DNA of 64,000 nt from Magallana gigas (lineage: Eukaryota). The DNA lies in the NCBI RefSeq assembly GCF_963853765.1, contig NC_088859.1, positions 14,322,001 to 14,386,000 on the forward strand, given 5' to 3'. Each line of letters starts with the position of its first letter. The first letter of the stretch is position 1. Made by a program: the position numbers and the translations under genes. A model generated the notes under the pieces. That model was not told where the DNA came from. It saw nothing but the letters and a program-made list of their open reading frames with translations, and did no database searches. Positions 13,593 to 26,400 of the stretch are shown here, piece by piece.

Positions 13593-14416
13593 GGAACGGG
13601 ACGTTTCGCCCCTATTGACGTTTCGCGCTGAGACGTTTCGCTCCTAAAGACCTTTCGCGCTGAGACGTTTCGCACCTATATTATATTTATATATATATAT
13701 AATTAAAATTGACTTTATTGAAAACATATCTACAAATGATCATGTTTAATGTGGTACATTCACTGATAATTTTAATAATGTAAAAAGCGATTATTCTATC
13801 CACGTTCAAATATAATTATGTTTGTTTAGCAATCATTATTAAGTGTCTGAATCGGTTTTCTAATTAAGATATTATAACTAATTTGGAGGCTCTCCATGTC
13901 AAGCTAAAGAGGTGAAATTAAACTTTTATGATAAATAAGATTTGAATAAATCATTAATTTTTGTCAGTAGAATGATTTCTCTTCTAAGGAATATATATAC
14001 AACAGATAAATTTTTGTACAGGGCGACAATAATTCAATTTTGCTCGGCATTTCCACAAAAGTATGGCTAACAGAAATTTATAATCCGATGTTAATATATA
14101 TATATAATTATAATCATATATTAGAAAAATTTGATTAGCCAAAGGTGTTAAAACTTATTTAGAGGCTCTCAATGGTAGGTTAATATCAATTTACTGTTAC
14201 CACATAATTAAAAGCCGCAAAACATCTAAATCAAGCAATCATAATTATGTGTCTCATCAAATTTCTAATTACCCTAAGGTGTTATAACTCATTATTTGGA
14301 GGCTCTCCATGCTGATATCAATTTACTGTTGTACCACATAATTAATAGGCGCGAAACATCTCGGGGCGAAACGTCTCAGCGCGAAAGGTCTTTAGGGGCG
14401 AACCGTCCCGCACTCC
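13593..14416. mobile_element. Non-autonomous Mutator-like (MULE/foldback) element
   Basis: 9-bp TSD CAAACAATG (13584-13592 and 14417-14425). Imperfect ~80-bp TIRs starting GGA, built from GACGTTTCGC subrepeats. AT-rich interior with TTTGGAGGCTCTCCATG direct repeats. Confidence 0.8.
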
Positions 14417-16499
14417 CAAACAATGACCACTGTCCCCGTAGTTATAGATCGTCAGAATATAGGTGCATATGTGAGATAAATGTCGAAGAAAGCTAATTTG
14501 TATACATATTTTTTTCTTGCCTTGGGTGAGGCGAGTGTGCATATAATATTTAATATTATCTTCTCTTTTTTTTAATTATTTTTTTTATATTCCGTTCTTT
14601 CCATTCTTGATATCTAAACTAAATAATCATTCGATTATATTAAGAATTAGAATATTTGATAAGATTAAATGAAAATAATTATTTTCATATTCAATTTTAT
14701 AGTCATTCATTAAATCATTTTTTAAAATTGTTTATTCGTTCGTCCCAAAGACATCGACATAGATTTGTTATTCAAAGGAAAGCTCGCAATGTAAAATCGT
14801 GGGATTATTCACAAATCAGGTTCTATAAAAATATATATACGTTTAAACTTCATAATTATATATAAGTGTCGAAATTATTTTCAGGTCCAGAATAATCTAT
14901 TTCGTAATTCATGTCAGCACTAAATTCTGTAATATTTACTATATTTTATTCTTTTTATTTATTTTTTTTTTTTTTGAGGGGGTTTCAGGGGATTTGGCCG
15001 TTTTATAACAGAAATTTAAAACTGAATGTACTTGTTTTAGAATTCCCATTCTTCACATTTGTAGATGTATTAATATGTGCTTCATTTTATAGAATTTTTG
15101 TTCAAACATATTATCACTATAATATTAAGTATTACTTTCTACTTTGTTTTCAGGAAATATCGGCACACAATTGTATATATATGATGTTGATTAGAACAAT
15201 GACAACACCATGTTGAAAGTACTGACCGACAAAGACGAGATCACGGTTGCTGGAGTACTCGGGTGAAATACATGAAAATACTTTTCAAGTATATAAAAGG
15301 ATAGAACAAGCAACATGCCTTCATTTACGAGGTTCAACACTAAACATAGTTCACTAAACATGATACATGCATTGCTATATATCGTTTTAGAAGTTACAGG
15401 TACATGCATCAATAATATAAAAAAAAAATGGCATTTTACATTAAGGATAGAAAAACTACAATAAAAAAATGTAATTGAAAAATTTAAAAAAAACCACACA
15501 CACAAATAAAAAACGACTCGAAAAACACACGCACAAATTGAAAAACTATTTTTAGAAAAATTGAACTGCATCGTTCAAATCCACGGCACAGTCTGCATCG
15601 ATTGGAGAGGATCGTACATATATTGTACCAAATAAATAATGAATTTTATTAAAGAATTATAAGTCATCTTATAATATTAGGATTGCGAATTCTTAACTGT
15701 GATTGGTATGTTTTTCATATTTATACACATAAAAGAGACTGATTTAGTGAAGCATGAAATGGACAGGGTAAAAAAAAAGTGTTTTGTGTCTTCCACACCT
15801 AAAAACACATTTACTACAGTGTCCAATCAACAAGGCGATAAAAATAAATGAAAATAATTTAATCAAGATTAGTTCTGAAACATTTCGTTTGCAATTTAAA
15901 CCACGTCAAATACATGGAAATACTTTCAGCGCTTCGACATGTTTGAAAAACAGACAAATATTTCACGCTGTTTTCTTTTAAGCTTCGATTCCGCTTTCAT
16001 ATCAATATTGTTTTAAAATTTCACAGGTCCTATACAAAAATAATTACTATACCAATGACTGATAATACAAAATCCATACCGTCATTGTGTAACCACACAG
16101 AGTTCGAATAATTGGATTGACATTACAAAGCTTTTGTCCTAAACTCTTCAAATTGTTTTACCTGTAACCACACAATCTAATGGCCATGTACGTAGATATA
16201 GGGGTTGTTATGATCCTGCCCCCGTTCAATTCTATTGACTTGATCTTCAAAGTGACCGGGGGTTTGTTTTTCCTACTAAGTGGTCATAGTTTTCATAATT
16301 GACTTATTCAGTATCCCGCATTTTTATGGGCCTAAAATTTGATGGCGCGGACTTTGTTTATGAGTATTTCATGAATTTCAATTAAAATGGGCTTACATTG
16401 ATTTTTTTCCACTTTGATATATAAGAGAGTTGCTTATGGTCAAAATTTCCAGTTTTGTTCACTGTATCTTTTCGAAATGTCCGAATAAAGTGTTTGAAT

Positions 16500-19400
16500 A
16501 TGATCTGGAAATGTATTTTTATTGTTACCGGGTTGATTTATATACTATCAGTCATCGGCACGTCAGCAGGTAATTCTGTATATATACATATATAACCATA
16601 TTTTATTTTTCAGCGGGAAATGAATTTTTATCAAGTTAGCATAATACTATAAATTTGGTTAATCAAGCCCAGTTTACATTACACCTAGGTATAACATGAA
16701 GCTAAAAACATGACGCTTAGTTGCTTTCCTATTTTGATACTTTATACCATAGTCTTAGACTTACATAAGTAGTGATTCTGTAATATGTCTTTTTTATCAT
16801 TCATATCTTTTTGCTGTATGAAAATGTACCTGTATATATGTATTCTGACGATTTTTTAATATCTTGTATTCTACATATATATGTTCCTCTTGTACCAAAT
16901 TATTTGGTTTGAGCGAATTAACTGAACTGAACTGAATAGAATTTACAGCTAATGTAATACTTTACAGTAATTTTATTTACCACTGAGATATGCAATATTC
17001 ATAAAGATCATTTGGGGGGGGGGGGGGGGGGGGGGCTGGGGCTTTAATCACTTTGATATTCAACCAAAATTCGCTGAAAATAGTTGGAGATGTTTATATT
17101 ATAATAATGACGATAATGATAATAATATTTTAAGCTACTTCAAACTACACCATTTCTGACTGGTCCCCGTGGACGGTATGCATTGATGTACCCGGAACTA
17201 GCAGTAAGCAAGGAGAGAAGACCAGGGTCCGCACGTGCGTGGACGACCTTGGTGACACTGTCGCATGGAGTGAGTGCAACTGCACGTGTTCGAATAACGA
17301 GACCAACGGCTGCAATCTTCCGGGTGAGTTTTATTTCTTTTTGTTTTTTTTTCTCTTTTACTATCGCATGAAATAGAATTATGTAATCAAAATTGGAAAT
17401 ATAATGGTTTATTTTATACTCTTGAAGCGTTAAAATTGACAAATTAAATGATGATATTATAATGTTATTGGTAATTAAACGACAGTTGATGGAGGCTGGG
17501 GGAAATGGGGAGACTGGAAGTGTATAAGCAACACGTTTACACGATTTAGAGCCTGTTCGGACCCACGAGTTGTCATAGTTTTCATAATTGACTTATTCAG
17601 TATCCCGCACTTTTATGGGCCTACAATTTGATGGCGCCGATTTTGTTTATGAGTATTTCATGAATTTCAATTAAAATGGGTTTACGTTGATTTTTTCCCA
17701 CTTTGATTTGAGTTGCTTATGGTCAAAATTTCCTGTTTTGTTCACTGTATCTTTTCGAAATGTCCGAATAAAGTGTTTGAATATGATCTGGAAATGTATT
17801 TGAATTGTTACCGGGTTGATTTATATACTATCAGTCATTGGCACGTCAGCAGGTAATTCTGTATTTATATACATATATAAATATACTAGCGGAAAAAAGA
17901 AACTGTGCATAATGAAATTTAGTATAATTTTTCTACATCTTTTGTTTGTATTTATAAAATTTAAACAATCGATAATGGTAATGTTTTTGACAATATTGGA
18001 TGGTAACCGTCCGGGTGCACGGACTTTTTCATGGTTAGTGAGCACCTGTTGTTTATTGAAGAATTTGTACGCATGAGTTTAACGGGCCAATACTGTTTGG
18101 AATAAGAACTGTAAAGGATTTGTTTAAACTTTTTTTATTAAGGAAATCACTTTAGTTTCAACAAAATTTACGTCTATGTCATGTCATAGATATAAATCTA
18201 TGTCATGCCAAGACTCAACGAAAACCAACGTAATCGTGCTGTTGGGATGCTGCAAGCTGGAATGACACAAAATACTGTAGCAAGACACTTTGGAGTTCAT
18301 CGGAACACCATCCAGTCATTATGGAGACGTTTTCAACAATCTGGCAACACTCAGGATCGACCGCGCTCTGGGCGACCTCGTGTGACGTCACGTCAACAGG
18401 ACAACCACATTAGATTTGTGCATCTGAGAAATTGTTTCCAGACAGCAAGTTTGACTGCCCGTAGCATTCCAGGGCTTCGACCAATTATATTTTTTATAGT
18501 CCAAGAACTTGCGTAATCATCTGTGCGAGCAAAACATCAGACCAAGACGTCCAGCGGTGCGCCCAGTACCGTCATCGTATCGCCAGACTAGCGTGGTGCA
18601 CACGGCATCTGCGATTCAGAATACAGGACTGGGCCAATATTCTGTTCACTGATGAATCCAGATTTCATTTGCATAGCAGTGACGGCCGTTGTAGGGTGTA
18701 TCGTCGCGTTGGGGAGCGTTACCAGGACGCTTGTGTTGTGCAACGTCGACAATTTGGTGAAGGTAGCGTTATGGTGTGGGGTGGAATATCAGCACGTGGA
18801 AGGACCCCTCTACAAATTGTCTATGGAAATCTCACCGGCGTACGCTATCGAGATGAAATTATTCAGCGTCATGTGATACCCTTCATACAGAGACATCAAA
18901 ATCACACCACTCAGCAGCAAGACAACGCAAGGCCACACGTTGCACGTGTAGTCAGGGACTTGTTTGTTCAACAGAATGTCGATGTCTTGCCTTGACCAGC
19001 TGTTTCCCCCGATTTGTCTCCGATCGAGCACGCCTGGGATGAAATGGAAAGACTTTTACGCCGTTTACCAAATCAGCCAGTGACATTGGCTGATTTAGGC
19101 CAGGCTTTAACCAACATCTGGAACAACATCCCTCAAGCATTTCTGAACACTTTAGTGGCATCAATGAGACGTCGCTGTCAAGCATGCGTGAACGCAAATG
19201 TTGGTCACACGCGTTATTAAGTTTGTGAATTCAATTTCAAATAACAGTGACTTTCGAGTGTGCTGAAATTGACGTTATTCGACGTTGACATTAATGTGTT
19301 ATGAGATGTTGTTACGAATACATGTGTTAACAGTATTACAAAAAATAAAATTTGGTCATTGTAATTTTTAAATGTTTTTTTCATATATTATTAAATAATG

Positions 19401-20450
19401 CACAGTTTCTTTTTTCCGATTGTATACATATAACCATTTTTTATTTTTCAGCGGGAAATGAATTTTTATCAAGTTAGCGTAATACTATAAATTTGGTTAA
19501 TTAAGCCCAGTTTACATTACATCTAGGTATAACATGAAGCTAAAAACATGACGCTTAGTTGTTTTCCTATTTTGATACTTTATACCATAGTCTTAGACCT
19601 ACATAAGTAGTGATTCTGTAATATGTCTTTTTTTTTATTCATATCTTTTTGCTGTATGAAAATGTACCTGTGTGTATGTATTCTGACGATTTTTTATTTT
19701 GTGTATTCTATATATATGTTCCTCTTGTACCAAATTATTTGGTTTGAGCGAATTAACTGAACTGAACTGAATAGAATTTACAGCTAATGTAATACTTTAC
19801 AGTAATTTTATTTACCACTGAGATATGCAATATTCATAAAGATCATTTGGGGGGGGGGGGGGGGGGGGCTTAAATCACTTTGTTATTCAACTAAAAAATC
19901 GTTGAAAATAGTTGGAGATGTTAATATTATAATAATGACGATAATAATGATATTTTAAGCTACTTCAAACTACACCATTTCTGACTGGTCCCCGTGGACG
20001 GCATGCATTGATGTACCCGGAACTAGCAGTAAGCGTGGAGAGAAGACCAGGGTCCGCACGTGCGTGGACGACCTTGGTGACACTGTCGCATGGAGTGAGT
20101 GCAACTGCACGTGTTCGAATAACGAAACCAACGGCTGCTATCTTCCGGGTGAGTTTTATTTCTTCTTGTTTTTTTTCTCTTTTACTATCGCATGAAATAG
20201 AAGTATGTAATCAAAATTGGAAATATAATGGTTTATTTTATACTCTTGATGTGTTAAAATTGACAAAATAAATTATGATATTATAACGTTATTGGTGATT
20301 AAACGACAGTTGATGGAAGCTGGGGGAAATGGGGAGACTGGAAGTGTATTAGCAACACGTATACACGATTTAGATCCTGTTCGGACCCACGACCAGCACA
20401 TGGCGGCCAAGACTGTGTGGGAGACTCCCGGGAGGAAGATCAAAGTAAAA

Positions 20451-20483
<33 letters not shown>

Positions 20484-23400
20484 TAAACCAGATATAAAGG
20501 CATTAAACCCTAGCTGATAACTTATTGTAATTGCATATTTTTCGCCTAACCGCAAAAATATGCAAGGACATCGTGGCATGTAACTTCTTTTGTGACGAGC
20601 CATGTTTTGATAAACGAATCTTGTTTGATAATTGTAACAAGCTTCGGAACAATTCAACACTAAAAAAGTACCTACTTTTTTGGTAAAGCAAAATTGTTGC
20701 GGATAATTTGAAACTCTAGAAAAAAGAACACCCTGTTTTTGAGGTAACGGATGAATTTTATCAATATCTTTACAAATATTTTATATTTCAAATCATCCAC
20801 GTTGCCATAGGGGAAAATAAAGATTGCATGTGATCCCGAAACATTTACAGTTAGAAATATTGTTTTATACCTAAACTAGTTTACTACAGAATATCACAAA
20901 TATAGGTATACCTTTACATGTAGTAAAAAACCAACATATGACTTATCAAAAGTGGCCAATAAAGCGTTAAAGGGGCATGGTCACGATTTTGGTCAAATTC
21001 TATTTTTATGTTTTGATTATTTACAATGCTTTAGAAATGCATTTCGAATGATTAAATTAAATTTGAGAGTCATTCGTAGAGTTATAAGCAAGATACAGGG
21101 CTCACAATTCTTTGTCATGTAAACAAGGCTCGTGCCCTGTTTTTGTTTACATAGGTTAAATATACCAGCAAAAATATTTTTCCAGCTTATTTGTCTATCT
21201 TTTTATTTATTTTAAGCATAGATAAACAGTTCCTAATGTTTAACCGATTCGTTTTAGGTTTAAAACTGACATTTTTACTTCAACGTTCAAAATGTAAACA
21301 AACGCTTTGTTTACATAGCGAAGAATTTCAAGCTTTGTAACTCGCTCATAACTTAACAAATGACACTCAAGTTTCGGTTGCCTATTAAAAATGCCTTTCT
21401 GAAGCATCGTAAATATTAAAATCGGAAAAATAATTTTTGACCAAAATCGTGACCATGCCCCTTTAATAACCAAGTTTTCTCATTTAATAGTATAAGTACC
21501 GGTATGATAATAAACTAAAAAACACAATAGTTCAAGAATATACATTGTATGCATAGTTTGAAAACGTTATATTGTGATTTTTTTTTCAAAAAATTATTTG
21601 TATTTATTGGTCTATTGGTCTATGAGAAGCATTTTTTTCGTCTTGGGAATCTTTATAGAATAATATTGTAGTTGTGCCCTGAAAAAAAAAAAATTATTGT
21701 CTTCGATGTATGATACAATGTACATGAAAGTAATTTTGCTGTATTTTTGGATTATAATTGCCATATTTTTTTCTATAAATCCAATAACACAGAACTGTTT
21801 ATGATAAAAATTCGGAATTATCATAATAGCACATATCAAAGTTTAACAGAATTCCAAATTATATGGCTGAAATTACTTTTTAAAGCAATATTTAATATAA
21901 TATATAGAATATATTTACATATGTCAATAATTTGTATGAAGTGAAAACAAACGGAGAGAAGAAATTAAAATCAAATATTCTGATGGATGTTTTATGTCTT
22001 GAAGCTTTATTTCTTGACGGCGGGTGGACGTCATGGACCAATTACAGCGCATGCTCGGTTCCAATGGGTCATGGGACTAAATACCAAACCAGAGAGTGCA
22101 CCAATCCGGAACCTTGCGGAGTGTTAGCGCAGCATTGCGTGGGAGCTAATTCTTCTGGGGCAGATTGTGAAGGTTATTTCATAATTTTAGCTCGATTTAT
22201 TAAAAATCATAAATGATAAATTCTAGGATTATTTTAAAACATATGTCTCACTTATTCAAAGTCATTTCGTTCTAATAACTGTAATCTTGTATGCCCTCTG
22301 GGCCCAAAATTGGAAATAAACTATTATCATTATTATTATCATTATTAGGGTCTTGCGTTTCCAACGGAAGACCCTCTTGTTTTTCTTTGGTTTCTTTTTA
22401 TTATTATTTTATTTATTTTTCTTCTGACTCCTTCTCGGCTTTATATCTCAAAATTTTTTCATCCGATTTCGATGAAATTTTCAGAGCTTTTGTAAAGTTA
22501 CCGTGCCTCTACGATTTCAAGTTTCAGCAATAACGTCACTTCCGTTCAAATTTGGCGGCCGTTTTTAATTTTTTAAAAAGTGATTTTGTCCGGAAGAAAT
22601 CTCCAAAAACTTTAAAGATATCGCTTTGAAATGTTTAATGATGTTAGAATCTATGGTGTACGGGGGGGGGGGGTGTTGTTTAAATTTTATTTATTAATCT
22701 TGCTCAAAACCGGAAGTAGTTCCAATTTTTTGAAATTTTCATTTTTTTTAACAAAATAAGACAATACAACAGTGTTATAGAATTTGCCATAATGATTGTG
22801 AATTCAAATCTGAATTCTGTTTAAAAAACGGGCGATGCATTACAGAGATATGGGGGTTTTAAATCGATTTTTTCGGAAATTTAGCGTAAAGTTCAAAGTA
22901 AAATTAACTTGTACCAAAAATAATTTGATTTTTGTTAAGTCTTACTTTGACACGTTCGGATTTTTTGGTAAATTCGTACTCAGAATCTGGTTTTGTTAAG
23001 ACGTACCAAGAATTAATCGATTTAAAAAATTGTTTAAGTTACCTTTGTTATTGGTTTTAGAACTCTGCTTCATACAGGAACATCTAGCTTTTCGCTCGAC
23101 ATTAATTAACGGAAGACCCACTCGTTGCTTTGCAACGAGCTTTGCTCTAGTTTTTCTTATTATTAGTATACATGCACGTGTGAAAATAAATATGTTTATT
23201 TCGCCAAATTTTATTTTTGCGGATTTTTTTTAAAGTTGTGTTACTCATTATTTTTTGCATATCGCATTTTTTTGTATTTTACTTTTTGCTTCTTACAACT
23301 TTTTTTGATGACGAAACAGTATTTTTGATCTAAGTTTACAAATAGAAATATTTATATGTTTTAATGTCAGAAACTTTTTTCAGAATTCCCGCTATGTCTG

Positions 23401-26400
23401 CAAGGATCAGTGTTCGGGGGCAATTACATGACAAAAGACGACCCACTGGTTCTCTACTCCTCAGCCAACATTGAAGTTTATCCAAGAACCCAAATCACGT
23501 GTTCTCATCTACATGTCATTAGTAATTGGAATTTATACTCAGTTGATGATGAAACAAAAAACGAAACTCACATCTTGAACATAACTCAATCGGCACTGTA
23601 CATCCCTCGAGGGGAGTTCCTGCAAGGCCTGTATCGTCTCTTTGTCTATATGTCCTACACAAAACACTTTGAGTACGGATTTGTGGAGGGTTATATGTAC
23701 TTCCGGATACAGTTGCCGCCTCCCAATGTTTTCATCCAGGGTGGGTCGGGAAGAATGAGCAATCCTGGGACCATTACGGTCGATGCCTGGACCGGGTCGT
23801 ATGATCTAACCAAAGGGCCCGGGCATAGAGACGGCATGGATTACTCGTGGAGCTGTTTTGAGTTTCCGACTAATTCCCTGGACATGCTGATGTCCTTTAT
23901 TGTCCCGGATTACTTTGCGTTCAAGTCCAATGTTACGACATCTCGAATTTCTTGGGATTTTATGAATAGTTTAGTTGATTTGTCAAATAAGTTCTTGGAC
24001 ACGTTTCTCTTAGTGAATCAAGTTTTCTTAAACGAGACGTTCGTTTATCAGCACGTTAACTTAGAAAACATCTCTAGCCCAGATATCTGCTTGCCCTACA
24101 ATGAAACAGGTGGGAATCCTTGCTACCTTGACAATGTAATAAATGCAAAATCATATGCATTATTGCAAGAGTTTCTAAATTCTAGTTTCATTGAGGAAAT
24201 CAAAACTCAACGGTTAAACGCAAAATCAGTTACAACAGATGTCGAGAATGTATTGCCGATGTTGAAATTGGACGAAAATACAACGAGCTCGGATATCGGA
24301 ACAGTAGAGAACGATTTCTTGCCAGCAATGGATGATATGATAAGATACTCACGAATTTTGTCAGAACTATTGCTTAACTTCAACACATTACAGGCCGAAA
24401 CACCAAAAGAGAATTACACCATTTCAACTCTTAAGATCCTCGACGAGCAACTCGCAAAAATAGCAAAACAGGCAAGCAACCTGGCAAACACGAGCTTCCC
24501 AGACTTGATTTTACAGGAGATGCAAATATATGCACTGATTTTCAAAATGTTCGAAAACAATAACTGTGAATCCTTCTCCACAACAAGCCCGGGATACGCC
24601 CAGTTGTATGCCGATCCCGACCATCCCAAGAAAGCCCTGGGATACGTCGTGACAGTCAAAATATCCATTAAAGGAGCTGAGAACACTTACCAACAGAGTA
24701 TACAAGTAGTGTTCCCCAAATCGGACAATGACACTATACCTGAGATAAACTTAGAGTAATTTTTTTAAAGCTATTAGTACTTGGGTAGATATTACAGCTA
24801 TTTAAGCTTTTAGATTTTTAAACAAACTAATCATATCTCCTCGAGTTTGAACATAAATTCTTATACCGATCTATTGAACCTGTAGGCCCATTAAAAGGCA
24901 TATAACGATGTTGTCAAACTACTCCCTTTATGGGCTAAAAATGCATTTCAAAATCAATTTTAAAAATTGAAAGAAGCGAGTACAATGATACACAGACGTA
25001 TATAGATTCAAACCAGTAAATCGGAATTCTGTCTTTCACATCAAGATTTCTTCAGATACCTAGTCGTTGCAAACAGCTACATGTTGTATCTAATATTTAG
25101 AACCATTTTAACAAGAGCTTGGACTTTGGGTGGTTGTTTTAAACTGCAATGATGTGTCGTAGGCCTGTCTATTTCATTGCTTGCTACGCAGCCATGGCTC
25201 TTTGAAATCGACACAATTTGTCTGGCTTTTGAGCTAAAACTACACAACTGGGTATATTTCACTTGATACCAGCGTCATTTTAAATTTGTTTTGACGCAAG
25301 AAAAAATAGTTACATCCTACCGAAAGTCCAGGGTCTTGTTAAAATGATTCTTATTAAATTCTATACAGTAGCTTTGAGTTGTCGGATTGATTCAGATGTC
25401 ACGTGACGGGGAGAAGAAGACGTCGTTTCTCGTTTATAACCCCTTCAAATCTTAATAATTCGGTTCGTTTCGACCGTGATTATTTCTTGTTTGTTCGAAT
25501 CTATATGCACTGTTTCTTTTTTCATAATTTAAGCATTAAACGCTCATTTTAGCGCGGTTTTCAATTTGTCTGCACATCCTTCGTGTTTTTAAAGACCGAA
25601 GACATCCAAAACTAAGCATTTAAAGCTTGCATTTATATTCAAATTGACGTTTATCTAATTTAAGTATTTGTGAATAGCAATATTTCACATTTTTTGCATG
25701 ATTGTGAGGGAAATATGAAGATTTATTCCCCGATGAAAAAATCATATTTCCCGAGGGCAACGCCCGAGGGAAATATGATTTTTTTGGGGGGGGGGGGATA
25801 AATCTTCATATTTCCCGAACGTTCATGAAATAAATTGTTTATTATACCGAACGACAGATGATAATTTAGAATACATCAGTTTCCTATCGTTTTTCAATTC
25901 TAGTAAAGCAATAACGTGGTAAATGTTTACCGTTTTCTTTCTCTTACAGTTTCTGAAATAATAAGGATTTAAAACTAAATAGAATTAATGATTTAATTGC
26001 ATCGAATGCTCATCCTAGGGATTTTCTATAAGCATGGAATGAAAACTCGAAGGGGTGAAATATGCTGAAAAATATGACGATGACAGCGAAATATGAAGTT
26101 TTATTGCCCTGGCCCGTGATTGTCTAGAACCAATCAGATGTCGCGTTATGTAGAATAATCATATTAAGGTATAATAATACACATTTGGTAGTTCGCTTAC
26201 GCGACTTCAAATTAAGTGCCAGAAATTTTATCGAGAAAATTTTTTTGTTATCAATGAATAAAGATAATTTAACGATTATTTTTCGTTAGTAAATATCAAG
26301 TTTGAACGTTTCATTTAATCTGACAAAAATATATTAAAAAAACGCAATTACTTTTACATCTGTGACCATGCACCGTGACAAGGCTAAGTGTGTTTACAGG

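Larger units (their letters stand above)
16283..20392 (+). repeat. Tandem duplication of the polycystin gene 5' end: copy 1 16283-17568, copy 2 from 17572 (interrupted by Tc1) to ~20392
   Basis: GTCATAGTTTTCATAATTGACTTATTCAG starts at 16283 and 17572. Signal exon, introns, (GAACT)n, poly-G and TSP1 exon A all occur twice (exon A: 5 differences in 189 nt). The junction falls inside TSP1 exon B after GACCCACGA. Confidence 0.95.

Noticed and set aside
15191-15571. 126-aa minus-strand ORF
   Set aside because: Low-complexity Phe/Leu-rich translation of an A-rich strand; no motif or supporting splice structure.
16165-16261. Alternative first exon (MAMYVDIG...) or degenerate TSP1 remnant (RRYRGCYDPAP)
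   Set aside because: Poor signal peptide, and the TSP1-like frame has stops. The exon at 16500-16569 is a much better start.
18021-19400. Active transposase
   Set aside because: Multiple frameshifts and an in-frame TGA in the catalytic domain.
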